From Nemertoderma westbladi (taxonomy: Eukaryota; Animalia; Xenacoelomorpha): a stretch of 49,637 bases of DNA. The first letter of the stretch is position 1, and every line of letters begins with the position of its first letter. Position numbers and translations under genes: made by a program. Of this stretch, positions 11,660 through 22,833 are shown one piece after another. The stretch lies in assembly GCA_032718475.1 (NCBI GenBank), contig JAUCBJ010002329.1:1-49637 (forward strand), written 5' to 3'. The notes below the pieces were generated by a model. That model had not been told where the DNA came from. It ran no database searches and worked only from the letters and a program-made list of their open reading frames with translations.

Positions 11660-13224
11660 CTGTACACGTTCGTGGGGACTTCGCGCAGCACGAGGCCTAG
11701 TTATTATATACAAATTAAAATGCAGCGACTGTATCACAAAATCAGGTTTTGAGAAATTTACCCACACCACCAATCAATCAAAGAAAGGTGGCCAGGACAG
11801 TACGTGTTCACCCCTTTTAATCCCCCCCCCCCCCCCCACCCTTCCCAACCACCAATACATAACCGCGACATCTACCACCCACGGAAGGGTAGCACGAACT
11901 TATTTCCAATCGCACGTTAAATATGCAAAGCCAGGTGGTTTATAGGAATATAATAAACGCAGTACTCGTTTTCATTATAAGCCTCTTTGCGTTCGTCCTG
12001 TTTTGTATTTAAATATATTTCTTAAACGCAGGCTAGGACGATCTTTATAATAATAATAACTAGGGATGCGATCAATATGTGAAGCCAGGTGGTTTATATA
12101 ATAATTTAGTCAACGCAGTACTCGTCTTCATTATATGCCTCGTTGCGCTCGTCGCTTGTCCTGTTTTGTCATAAAATATTTTTCCTAAACGCAGACTGAC
12201 GATCTTTATACAGTTATAACTATGCGAAGTTTCGAAACTGTGCGAGTAACTGTTGATACATCTATGTGGAGATGTGTGATATGTGGAGATGTGTGATACA
12301 ACGCCAACGCATCTTATGCCGATGTAGTAATATGGGTATTGAAATAATATTAAATCAATGTACACTCTTAAAGCTGCAGCGAAAAAATGTAGCTAATTTC
12401 CTAGGTTACATATAAAATAATAATATTATTTTTAAGAACATTAATTTTACTACTTTGCAAAAATTCAATTAAAAAATAACCAGACATATACATTGTGGAA
12501 TAAACTATTTCAGAAGCCTACAACAGCCATGCCATGGATTGTATTTATGTTATTATATCTGTCATTTAACTGAGATAGCAATAGTAGTAATAGTCGAACG
12601 GTTATGCGGCCCGTCCAGCCTATAATAAACACAATTCAGTGATTGGGCTGGAATAGCAATACTGGTTGCCTCTATTACAATTCCTCTCAGGTTAGTCTAC
12701 AGCCACAACTCCCAGCAGCTAGCTCCACACCAGCAGAGACTTGACCAATAATGGGAAGGATTAAATTTGTACTCAATAATTGTGCGGTTTAATTACGTTT
12801 AGATCAATTAAAGACACATTTATTAAAGCAAATCACTTAAACTAATTAAAAACTATAATAGAATGGCGTATGGGGATTATATCTGTATAATTTTTAAGTA
12901 TAATTATTTAAATCTTATACTGTAAAACAATTAATTTCCTTTAAAAGGCAGGTTGAAAATGGCGTTTTCACCGCAATCAACTTAATTAACTAATTAACTG
13001 CTATTATCTTAGCTTCTCGAAGGCCACACGGAAATTCTACTTGGAAAATTTCTAAACTTTTGCCAAACAACATGTGTACCAAGTTTGGATAGATTTCATC
13101 AAAGATTGGCCGAGTTATTAACGTTTAAAATTGAACACGACAGAACGACAGAACGACAGAACGACAGGTTGATTAATGGTACCACTACGCTAAGGCTCAC
13201 TCACTTCGTGGCTCGCCCCACATG
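11660..13224 (+). mobile_element. ~1.5-kb non-coding DNA element with 8-bp TSD (copy 1)
   Basis: Highly similar reverse-complement copy at 30781-32261. Flanked by AACATTAA (11652-11659 and 13225-13232). Contains a poly-C tract and an (ACGACAGA)n tract near the 3' end. Confidence 0.85.
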
Positions 13225-13354
13225 AACATTAAAAGTTAACGTTAACATTAACATTAACATTCCAGCTAACCTACATTCCAGTACTGCAGTACGCTACTGC
13301 CTACTGCACTGCACTATACTGCCATACACCAGTACACCGTAGGCCTACGCCAGT

Positions 13355-13521
13355 GGGCCTCCCTAAAACCCGGGCCGGTCCCGGTCCCCGGTCCCGGTCC
13401 CCAAGACCCCTAAAACCAGGTCCGCCGGTCCCAATGATAGTCTACGGGGAATTTATCCAAAACTAGGACCGGGTGTTAGGTTAGGGGTCTTGGGGACCGG
13501 GACCGGGTTTTAGGGAGGCCC
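13355..13521. mobile_element. 167-bp MITE with 9-bp TSD (Mutator/MULE-like)
   Basis: TIRs GGGCCTCCCTAAAACCCGG / CCGGGTTTTAGGGAGGCCC; TACGCCAGT duplicated at 13346-13354 and 13522-13530. Confidence 0.85.
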
Positions 13522-13561
13522 TACGCCAGTCAGCCAGTACCCATCAGCCTGACAGCCCTTC

Positions 13562-14269
13562 ATGGCTACTGCTACCGGTAGCCAACACCAACTCGACGAG
13601 GATGCTTCTTCCTCCATCACTTCTGACCACGGTGGCTCTCCAAATGTCGACGATTTGCGAGCTCTCGATTCGCGTGCTCTGAGTGGACTTAAATCTTCAT
13701 TTACACGCGCCCACAACGCACTCGCCTACCACCTCTCGCTAACCGGCCCTGTACAGGACGGCTTAATAGACGCGTCGTTCAACACTTTCAAACTATCATT
13801 CGGTAAGTACCGGAGCAAAACACATAAAATTTTACTTATCCCTAACTTTCGGGCTCAGAATAATACACTTTATAACAAATTCACACATGATTATGCCGAG
13901 GCTGAAGCCCGGTATTATCAACTGGACCGCAAATATGCCGATTATCAGGAGGACGCACAAAGTGAATCTATCCCCGTTGTAGACCCACCAAATCTTGCTT
14001 CAGAACGGGCAAGGAGGACTTTGCTCGCACTGCCCCACCCAACAGCAACAGGTAACATAAATAATTCTCATGGTGATTTTACACTAACCCCCTTAGGTGA
14101 CGAAACATCTAGTGCGGGACCGAGACACGTCCGTCGTTCCCTCACTACAGCCTGCATAGATGAGTATCACAATCCCACACCTTTTCGTGGCTTTTCATCG
14201 CCGGACCTAACTTTACTAAATGCAAATGTAGGCTTACAGAGCAATGAAATAGGTATCGGCACCCGATAA
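13562..14269 (+). pseudogene. N-terminal part of the BEL/Pao Gag, separated from the main ORF by two close stop codons
   Basis: Same reading frame as 14393-20059. TAA at 14267 and 14273, then open again from 14276, consistent with a local compensated indel in a (DNPNPSNPN)-like stretch. Confidence 0.65.
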
Positions 14270-17200
14270 CCCTAATCCAGTAATCCCAATAGGGAAACAT
14301 GTGACCAGGAATTATTAACTGATTTTTTAAACGCCTCTAGAGATTTCGTAATCCATAACGAATCTGGGTTTCAAAATACAATTAGGCCTATCATGCCTAT
14401 AGACCTACCGGTTGAGTACAATAAAAATAACCCATTACCAGTACCTGCAGCACTGTCAGTAGTGGTAGTTAACGATCATTTAAATCTAGGTGTCAGTGTG
14501 AATAATTCGAACAACACTGATGCGAGTCCCTTAGTTTCCCCTCAGGTTCCAGTCTCGACTTCGGTCAACTTAGTGGGGATTCCCTCCAACCCCTTGAGTG
14601 TTGTGAACTCTGTCACACAGGACAACGCGCAGACGAAAACTGTGGAAACTCAAAACGGTAATATTGGTAATCAGGTAAAGTCGAGAATAGTAGACGTGAA
14701 CCCTGGAGATTCGGTAAGTCAAATAAACTCTCACCCCACGAACTCAGCCGTCTCCAGTTCTAAACTGAGTGGATTAGCTCGCGCTACTCGACTCAAACTT
14801 ATGAAATATAAGGCACAAATGCAAACGTACCAACATTTAGACGAATTATCTAAGAGGAGTAAGCAGATTCAACGCGATGCAAAATGCAGAGAGCTAGAAC
14901 TGGAGGCGGAATTTTACGCAAACGAAATTAATGAACAAAACCGAAATAGCGTTGTTACTGTATGTAGTGATCCCACTCCTACTATACCGGTACCAATTAC
15001 TACCTTATCCACCGACAATATCCCAACAACCGCGCCTACTGTAACTCTACCATCCCCTTACCCCTGCACTACCCAGTCATTTCCCCCCTCGCTACCCTCA
15101 CAACCTATGACTGTGACGACACGTCCCAGCATCAACATCACCACCGCTATCCCAATAGTTTGCTCGACTAATCACCCCCCTGTCACTGCTCACAATATAA
15201 CCACGCAATCTGTGGTCCTCCCGCATACTGTGAGTTGTGTACCCGCATCCTTGCCATCAACTTTAAACCCTGATGTCGCACCCTTTAACCCCCTGACTGT
15301 AGAGTCATTGGCAACATTCCAACATCTACCATCTGTACCTACCAACCACTCGGCAGATCCATTGGTTAACTTTGGTAATATTTGCCCTTCTACTCTGTCA
15401 GCCCGACCTTTAAATAATCACACGAATCACCAGCAATCATCTGCACTAACATTACCCAACCCTAACACCAGCAGTAACCATCACACACTCTCATCCCAAA
15501 CTCCCGTCCCCACTGTTCCTCAACATTCACTCGATTACAAATCTGACTCAACTATTCCTAGTCCCCTTGCTGGTAGCCTCAACTCAGAACAATCTGCCCT
15601 CCTAAAGTTGACGTTACCCACATTGCAACCAACCAAATTCGACGGCAAGTTACTAGACTATGTCCAGTTTAAGCAGACATTCTACGACCTTATAGACTCT
15701 AAACCTATCCCTGACAATGAGAAACATATCGATCTCATACAGTTCACAGCTGGTGAACCCCGCCGCGTTGCCGAGTTATACCGCAGCTCAGACAATGGGT
15801 ATACACTCGCTTGGGCCCAACTCGACAAGAGGTACGGACACCCCAGGGAAGTCTCAAGGTCTATCTTGAACCAGCTGACCCAGGGCCCTAGACTGAACCT
15901 CACGGCATCCGACATATTAAAGTTTATGGACGATATATCTATTAGCCACGCCACCCTGGAATCCATTGGTAGTTCGACCCGGTTGAATGACCCCAGCAAT
16001 ATGGATCTCTTAGCTTCCAGGCTGCCTATCGAACTGGTTAATCGCTGGACCCGCCACGCAACCAAACTTCATACCAACAAACGAGTGGAACCTCAGGTCT
16101 CTGATCTTGTCAACTTCCTAGACCAGGAAGTCAGCGTATTGAATTACTATGGCACTGGTAAACCAAAGACCCGACCCCCAGCTAGCTTTCCGGCACTCAC
16201 CTCAGCAGTACCAAAACAAGTTAGGACTACGTCTACAACCCCTCTTAGACCTAGCCTTCCTCCCAATGCTCCTCAGTTACCCATAGATGGTGCACAAACT
16301 ACCAGTGCCACCAGCCAGAATAGACTTCGCTGCTTGTACTGTGATGGAGGTCATAAAATCTATGGCTGTGATTCCTTCCTAAACCTCACATATCATGATA
16401 AAGATAACTTCGTTGCAAATTATCCTTCCCATGACATATGCCGCAACTGCCTTGGACGAGGCCATTTGACCGCTGACTGCTTGTCTAAATATACATGCAA
16501 GACGTGCAAGTCGAACAAACATCATTCACTATTGCATCCCCCCAATGCGCCATTTACTAGAATTCCTCACTCATCCGCTACCACACCCACACCCATGCCT
16601 CGCTCCACTGCGTCAGCCCCTAACAAACACGTGACAAGTCATCGCCCTATGTCTTCACGAAATACCTGTCTTCACAGATTTCAAAAGAGAAATACTGTTC
16701 TACAGACAGTCCCTGTTCGTCTCATTTCAGATCATACTACAATGTCTCTTACAACATACGCGTTGATTGACCCAGGCTCTGACCAATCAATACTCGATGA
16801 CCGAAACTTGCCCCCATTAGGTCTCCATTGCACTCAGAATAGGACCATCCCAATTAGTACCTGTCTAGACAAAGAGAGACTCATAGAAGTCGGCGCTATC
16901 AAGTGTAATGTCTCTCCTGTCAGCAGTAATGGGACCCCTACACTAGTGAATGTCACTTTCGATGTCATGAAAGGGTTTAGAGACAACTTTGTAACCCCAA
17001 GGCGTTGGAATATCAGAGAATGGCCCCACTTAGCTGACTTAGACTTGAGTCATCCCCCTTTAGACATCCCTCAAGTAACAGTCTTGTTGGGACAGGATGC
17101 CCCAGTCGCCTTGATGCAACTTCAATCTCGCTGGGGCCCGAACCCCCAGACTCATCCGTACGCTGTTGAAACTCCGTTTGGATGGTCAGTCTGTGGCCCT

Positions 17201-19993
17201 AATCTTGCCCCAGACGATGACCTTGACATTTATCCCACCTCACAAATACATTGTACCCTATCTGACGTTAACGACTTGGATATACTCAATGACCGACATT
17301 CTCCCCCTGAACGAACTGCAGCTACTTTTGACCCTGGTTCCGATTCAAACTGTGAAGTGACACAGAACCCCCACCCGACAATGACTACATTGGTTCCATT
17401 CAGTCCCAAGACATCATCCAAACAATCTCAACATCCTAACATTTCATATTTAAACGACCTAGAACAGAACCTTAGACGATTCTGGGAGTTGGAAGTACAT
17501 TCGTCTTCCTTAGGAAAGGAAATGTCCCCCTTAAACCTTCGATCCCAATCCATACTGCAGGCCATGCGCCTTGAACCCAACGGACATTACTCACTAGGTC
17601 TCCTGTGGAAACGAGACGATGTAACGCTCCCATGTAATAAATTATACGCACAACGTTGTTTAGTTTGGTTGGGGAAACGTCTCAGGAAGAAACCAGAAGT
17701 TCTAACTCTCTATACCACTCAGGTTGAAGACTATATATCACAGGGATACGCTAGGAAACTCACCCCATCTGAGATTGACTCGCATGGCCCTCGTTCTTGG
17801 TACCTGCCGCACCATTATGTTCTATATCCCAAGAAACCCAACAAGATTAGAGTTGTGTTCAACGCAGCTGCACCCTACTTTGGCACTTCTCTGAATGCCA
17901 ACCTAATCAACGGACCCGACCAATCCAACCTACTGTCTGGAATACTTTGCAAATTCCGTCGCCATGCTGTAGCATTCTCGTGCGATATAAAATCTATGTT
18001 CCACCAGGTCGAAGTCAACCCGGAAGATAGGGACTCCTTACGATTCCTGTGGTGGGAGAATGGCGACATGGATCGCAGTCCTACAGAATATTGGATGGAA
18101 GTCCATATCTTTGGAGCAGGGGACTCCCCAACTATCGCTCTCACAGCTCTGCGAAGGACAGGTTCCGACAACGCACACCGATACCCTCCAAGAGTCAATG
18201 AAACAATTCAAAACGAGTTTTATTACGATGATGGTATGTCTGGTGCTCAAACCCCATTAGAAGCTGAGGATCTCGCTAAAAGTTTGATCGAATGTTTATC
18301 GCTTGGGGGATTTCACCTCACCAAGTTTCATTCCAACAATTCCGAATTTCTCAAGTCATTAGACCCAACCTACCTTGCCATCCCGACTCATACCACTCGT
18401 GACTCTGACATACAGACAGCTATCACCACAGCCCTTGGACTTGTTTGGGACACTGTGAATGACACGCTATCGATTGACATACGGCTGAAGGACACACCGT
18501 CCACCAAGCGAGGTGTCCTATCTCTAGTCAGTTCTCTATTCGACCCTCTGAGTTTCTTGGGCCCTGTTACCCTCTTACTGCGTATCCTGCTGCAGGATAT
18601 ATGGCGCCATAAACTTGGCTGGGATGACCCTAATCCACTACCACTAGAGACCCGATTGAACGAGTGGAAATTACAACTCACGCTACTGGTCGACTTCTGC
18701 ATACCCCGGACTTACACCCCTATTCCTTTACCTGACAACATTTACGACATTCATTCCTTTTCGGACGCTAGCGACAAAGGGTATGGTATGGTGAGTTACC
18801 TTCGTACAACCACACCCGATGGCGCCATTACCACTGGCTTCTTGATTGCCAAGGCCCGTAGTGCCCCCCTCAGATATATCTCTATCCCCAGGCTTGAATT
18901 ACAAGCAGCACATCTTTCCGTCGACTTGACTGTACAAGTTCGGCAAGAACTTGACATGCCCATCCGCTCTATGACATTCTGGACTGACTCAACTGTTACT
19001 TTAGGTTACTTGAGAAATGAATCCCGTCGCTTTAAGCCTTACGTAGCCAATCGAGTCAGCCTTATTCATGGTCATACCACTGTGGATCAGTGGCATCACT
19101 GCCCGGGGAATCTTAATCCCGCTGACTATGCGAGTCGTGGGTTATTGCCTCAGAGATTCCTACAAACGGAACAATGGATTCGGGGCCCAGACTTTCTGTC
19201 TCTTACTCCAGAATACTGGCCGGTCTCGCACAACGCGCCTTATACATTACCCTCCGACGATCCCGAGCTTAAGTCTGACACCCGAGTCTATGCTATGAAC
19301 CTCATGGCCCCTTTGCCCCCTACAGACAAACTTATACAGCACTATTATAAGTCATACAGACTCATACGCGGTGTGTCTTGGTTCATTCGTTTCTTTGAAT
19401 ACCTAAGACATAAACGTGGTCCTCTACAACCCGGTAGTCCTCGTAAGTTGACCTCATCGGAGCTCGTCACTGCCAAACAGCGCATTGAACAGTACGTTCA
19501 ACGAGTTGGCTTCCCAGGTGAGTATACTGCTCTAAAGTCTGGATCTCCAATCCCCAAGGTGAGTACAATCCGGAAACTATCTCCCTTTTTAGACGAAGAC
19601 GACGGATATCTGAGACTAGGGAGCCGCGTTGCGCGAGCACCCACGTCCTACGACGCGCACTTTCCTATCCTTATACCGAAGAATTGTCACTATGCCAGGC
19701 TCTTGATACACGATGTACACATCAGACTTCGCCATGCTGGACAAAGTCACAGTCTGGCATTCCTTAGAGAGCGTTATTGGATCATTAATGCAAGATCGTT
19801 GATACGAACCATGCTTAGTGCTTGCATTGCTTGCAAGAGATTGTATTCTCGCACGATGACCCAGATAATGGCCGATTTACCTGAGTCACGACTCACTCCA
19901 TATAAAACTGTTTTTGCTTTTACAGGTATGGACCTATTTGGTCCTTTTCTCTTTAAGAGAATGAGGTCCTTGATTACACGATACGGCATTATA
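13562..19993 (+). mobile_element. BEL/Pao LTR retrotransposon internal region, 3'-truncated within integrase; no LTR identified
   Basis: Domain order Gag-PR-RT-RH-IN with BEL-type motifs (see the gag-pol entry); homology stops at RYGII where the 19994 TIR begins. Confidence 0.93.
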
Positions 19994-20059
19994 AGTAGTA
20001 ATGGTTTACCCTATTTCGGCGACAGTTTAGTCCAACTTCACACCTTGGGTGTTAAGTAG
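14393..20059 (+). CDS. BEL/Pao gag-pol polyprotein; the last ~21 codons read into the inserted TIR element
   Basis: DUF1759-like PTKFDGKLLDY..F; three Zn knuckles (CLYCDGGHKIYGC, CRNCLGRGHLTADC, CKTCKSNKHHSLLH); protease ALIDPGSD; RT KIRVVFNAA, CDIKSMFHQV, FYYDDG; RNase H FSDAS, IPRLELQAA, WTDST, NPADYASRG; integrase Zn HIRLRHAG..CIAC and the core start GMDLFGP. Confidence 0.93.
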   Translation: MPIDLPVEYNKNNPLPVPAALSVVVVNDHLNLGVSVNNSNNTDASPLVSPQVPVSTSVNLVGIPSNPLSVVNSVTQDNAQTKTVETQNGNIGNQVKSRIVDVNPGDSVSQINSHPTNSAVSSSKLSGLARATRLKLMKYKAQMQTYQHLDELSKRSKQIQRDAKCRELELEAEFYANEINEQNRNSVVTVCSDPTPTIPVPITTLSTDNIPTTAPTVTLPSPYPCTTQSFPPSLPSQPMTVTTRPSINITTAIPIVCSTNHPPVTAHNITTQSVVLPHTVSCVPASLPSTLNPDVAPFNPLTVESLATFQHLPSVPTNHSADPLVNFGNICPSTLSARPLNNHTNHQQSSALTLPNPNTSSNHHTLSSQTPVPTVPQHSLDYKSDSTIPSPLAGSLNSEQSALLKLTLPTLQPTKFDGKLLDYVQFKQTFYDLIDSKPIPDNEKHIDLIQFTAGEPRRVAELYRSSDNGYTLAWAQLDKRYGHPREVSRSILNQLTQGPRLNLTASDILKFMDDISISHATLESIGSSTRLNDPSNMDLLASRLPIELVNRWTRHATKLHTNKRVEPQVSDLVNFLDQEVSVLNYYGTGKPKTRPPASFPALTSAVPKQVRTTSTTPLRPSLPPNAPQLPIDGAQTTSATSQNRLRCLYCDGGHKIYGCDSFLNLTYHDKDNFVANYPSHDICRNCLGRGHLTADCLSKYTCKTCKSNKHHSLLHPPNAPFTRIPHSSATTPTPMPRSTASAPNKHVTSHRPMSSRNTCLHRFQKRNTVLQTVPVRLISDHTTMSLTTYALIDPGSDQSILDDRNLPPLGLHCTQNRTIPISTCLDKERLIEVGAIKCNVSPVSSNGTPTLVNVTFDVMKGFRDNFVTPRRWNIREWPHLADLDLSHPPLDIPQVTVLLGQDAPVALMQLQSRWGPNPQTHPYAVETPFGWSVCGPNLAPDDDLDIYPTSQIHCTLSDVNDLDILNDRHSPPERTAATFDPGSDSNCEVTQNPHPTMTTLVPFSPKTSSKQSQHPNISYLNDLEQNLRRFWELEVHSSSLGKEMSPLNLRSQSILQAMRLEPNGHYSLGLLWKRDDVTLPCNKLYAQRCLVWLGKRLRKKPEVLTLYTTQVEDYISQGYARKLTPSEIDSHGPRSWYLPHHYVLYPKKPNKIRVVFNAAAPYFGTSLNANLINGPDQSNLLSGILCKFRRHAVAFSCDIKSMFHQVEVNPEDRDSLRFLWWENGDMDRSPTEYWMEVHIFGAGDSPTIALTALRRTGSDNAHRYPPRVNETIQNEFYYDDGMSGAQTPLEAEDLAKSLIECLSLGGFHLTKFHSNNSEFLKSLDPTYLAIPTHTTRDSDIQTAITTALGLVWDTVNDTLSIDIRLKDTPSTKRGVLSLVSSLFDPLSFLGPVTLLLRILLQDIWRHKLGWDDPNPLPLETRLNEWKLQLTLLVDFCIPRTYTPIPLPDNIYDIHSFSDASDKGYGMVSYLRTTTPDGAITTGFLIAKARSAPLRYISIPRLELQAAHLSVDLTVQVRQELDMPIRSMTFWTDSTVTLGYLRNESRRFKPYVANRVSLIHGHTTVDQWHHCPGNLNPADYASRGLLPQRFLQTEQWIRGPDFLSLTPEYWPVSHNAPYTLPSDDPELKSDTRVYAMNLMAPLPPTDKLIQHYYKSYRLIRGVSWFIRFFEYLRHKRGPLQPGSPRKLTSSELVTAKQRIEQYVQRVGFPGEYTALKSGSPIPKVSTIRKLSPFLDEDDGYLRLGSRVARAPTSYDAHFPILIPKNCHYARLLIHDVHIRLRHAGQSHSLAFLRERYWIINARSLIRTMLSACIACKRLYSRTMTQIMADLPESRLTPYKTVFAFTGMDLFGPFLFKRMRSLITRYGIISSNGLPYFGDSLVQLHTLGVK

Positions 20060-21168
20060 GTCATTAATTAATTAATCAATTAATTAATTGGTCGATTAAA
20101 CAATTAATTAATTGTTTAATCAATCGACTCGTATCAAATAATGTTGCCAAAGGCAATTTAATTTGATACAAATCAATCAGATAGGGACGCGAGATGAATA
20201 AATTGTACTATAACAAACGAAATATACAATACAATAGGCACTGTGCAATATAATATACAATACATTTGTATTATTTTTGCCATACAGTAGGTAAAGATAG
20301 AATTAAATATAAAGACACGAGCGGGGCCCAAAACATAAATTACCCTCACCCAAAAATAAAGTGGCCCCAGTTTAGCCCCGAGTCATCCCTCATTAATCTG
20401 CGGCTGCTCGGGCTCTTATTAACCGTAGCATGACTAACCCAAACATCAATGCGCGAATGGGGCCTGCGTGAATGGGGCATGCCTCAGAGCTTAAATTATT
20501 CAAACCCACAGCTTCCAAGAAATTAGAATAAACATCTGCTCTTGCAATAGATTGCATTCTTTCGCATTGTATTGCGAAGCAGTCCACGCGCGTCTAACCG
20601 CACATAATTAAATAAGGCCCTCATTTAATACATAAGTTATATACAGTTTATCTTAAATTTATTGAATTTGTTTTTATTTACAACCCGAATTGTTCTACCA
20701 TATTATAATTTATGTTTTATTATAACAAGCTATACCCTGTTAATCTTTATTAATTTTATTTGTACTGAGGTTTTCGAGGGCGCTGTTTCCAATGGTCCTA
20801 CTCCCAAAACGATGTAACCTACTGTATAATTAATTACTTAAGTCTGCGAGGTATGCGTAAGTAACAAATCTCGTTTACCAGTTTTCATTAAAAACTATGA
20901 AGCTATATTGCTTAAGAGTTCTGAGGGGCGAGCCATGAGGCAAGGTGTTTGATACTTTTTAGATATATTATTACTTAATTTTGACCCCCCAGTCGGTATC
21001 TATTACAATATAGGCTATATCTTTTTGCGGAGTAACAGAGTAGTCTGAAGATCCGAGTCTGCTGCTAGAGGGTGAAATGTCTCAAAGTGAAAATCATACA
21101 GTAGCTATGAATTGGTTGCTAGGCAATAATACTACATTTTGTATAGTTAGGCCTATTGCCGATCGAAC

Positions 21169-21253
21169 AAAAACTGCCCTGGTCCATGTGAGGATCGAAC
21201 CCACGACCTATTGGAGATGTGATTTCAAAGCAACCACTACACCAAGGTGGAAC
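21169..21253 (-). ncRNA. tRNA-like Pol III transcription unit in the left TIR
   Basis: Reverse complement of 23809-23893, with A box, B box, T-arm and T5 terminator. Confidence 0.5.
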
Positions 21254-21321
21254 AGTAACGTTCGAATTTGTTCGTTAACGTTCGAATTTGTAAGACTCTG
21301 ATTTAAGACCTGAGGCACTCC

Positions 21322-21823
21322 CCACAGCCACAGCCACAACCACAACCACAGCCACAGCCACAGCCACAGCCACAACCACAGCCACAGCCACAGCCACAGC
21401 CACAAGCCACAGCCACAGCCACAACCACAGCCACAGCCACAGCCACAGCCACAGCCACAGCCACAACCACAGCCACAGCCACAGCCACAGCCACAGCCAC
21501 AACCACAGCCACAGCCACAACCACAGCCACAGCCACAGCCACAACCACAGCCACAACCACAGCCACAGCCACAACCACAGCCACAGCCACAACCACAGCC
21601 ACAACCACAGCCACAGCCACAGCCACAGCCACAACCACAGCCACAGCCACAGCCACAGCCACAACCACAGCCACAGCCACAGCCACAGCCACAGCCACAG
21701 CCACAGCCACAACCACAGCCACAACCACAGCCACAACCACAGCCACAGCCACAACCACAGCCTACAACCACAGCCACAGCCACAGCCACACCACAGCCAC
21801 AGACCACAGCCACAACCACAGCC
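21322..21823 (+). repeat. (CCACAG/CCACAA)n hexamer array in the left TIR
   Basis: Directly visible, about 83 units. Confidence 0.95.
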
Positions 21824-21927
21824 TCACCTTCACCCACTTTATTGTTAAATACGCCTGAGAAAAATTCAAGAAACATCTGGTTTACAATAGATTATTCTTT
21901 TTTCACAACTCCATTCTAGCCTCCCTC

Positions 21928-21960
21928 TATAAAAGCCCCCATTCACCGCATTCTCATTCA
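21928..21960 (+). promoter_or_regulatory. TATA box and initiator upstream of the core ORF
   Basis: TATAAAAG at 21928-21935 and TCATTC (TCAKTY Inr) at 21954, with the A 28 nt from the TATA T; the ORF ATG is at 22075. Confidence 0.6.
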
Positions 21961-22074
21961 TTCTCTAATTTTTATTTTTAAAAGTTTTATTTATTTTCAT
22001 AAAAGTTTTATTTATTTAAAATTTTGTAAAATCATTCAGCGAAAATTCATAATATCAATTGACATTGCTATATA

Positions 22075-22833
22075 ATGCCTAGCTATGAAAGATGTTTGGT
22101 TTGTAATAAAGAAATGAGACGAGACAGTATATCCCGTCATATGAGTATACATAGAAAGGAAGGTGTAATGGAACCATTACCAAAGAAATTAAAAAATAAT
22201 GATGATATTTTTAGTGAAGAAGAAAACAAAAAGAGAGTTGAGAGTGATTTTCTAGAGATTAAACAAATGATGAAACATAAATTCGAGAAAATCATGAATA
22301 TTTTGAAGAATATACAGAAACAGCCACATAGTGAAAAGGACGATGAGAGTGAGGAAGAGAATAAATCAGAGGAAAGTGAGAATGATGAAACGGAGAGTGA
22401 GATAGAGAAAGAAGAAAATGAGAGTGGTGGTGAAGAAAATGAGAGCGAGAAAGAAGTCGAGGAACATGAAAGTGGTGAGGATAATGACTCAGATAATGAG
22501 GAGATATTAAGACATGTATTAGGAAATAAAAATAAATTGCAGAAAATAATTAGACAATTGAATGAAATGCAGAAACATTCGCATAAGGAGAGTGATAATG
22601 ATGGAAATGAGAGTGATGAGGATGAATCGGAGGAGAGTAGCGATGACAGTGAGGAAGAATCAGAGGAGAGTAGCGATGACAGTGAGGAAGCATCAGAGGA
22701 GAATGACAATGAAAATGGACAGAAAATCAGAGTAGGGAATGGAAAAGTTATATCTCCAGCAACTGTTGTATATCGACCTAGGATTATGAACAGTAACAGT
22801 CGTACAGTTAATGCGAGACAGTGCAGAAGATAA
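22075..22833 (+). CDS. 252-aa protein: N-terminal C2H2-like zinc finger, basic NLS-like patch, helical segments and long Glu/Asp/Ser-rich tracts
   Basis: CLVCNKEMRRDSISRHMSIH (C-x2-C-x11-H-x3-H), PKKLK, acidic low-complexity regions; ATG in A-3 context, upstream TATA/Inr and downstream ATTAAA near 22936. Confidence 0.7.
   Translation: MPSYERCLVCNKEMRRDSISRHMSIHRKEGVMEPLPKKLKNNDDIFSEEENKKRVESDFLEIKQMMKHKFEKIMNILKNIQKQPHSEKDDESEEENKSEESENDETESEIEKEENESGGEENESEKEVEEHESGEDNDSDNEEILRHVLGNKNKLQKIIRQLNEMQKHSHKESDNDGNESDEDESEESSDDSEEESEESSDDSEEASEENDNENGQKIRVGNGKVISPATVVYRPRIMNSNSRTVNARQCRR

Larger units (their letters stand above)
19994..21950 (+). repeat. Left terminal inverted repeat
   Basis: Reverse complement of 23090-25070. 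Confidence 0.95.

Noticed and set aside
14267-14275. Programmed stop read-through between the two BEL ORFs
   Set aside because: Two TAA codons within 9 nt are better explained by a local indel pair, and BEL elements usually have a single ORF.
20925-20945. GGGGCGAGCCA shared between the TIR and the end of the 1.5-kb element
   Set aside because: The match is only ~11 bp with no extended similarity and could be chance.
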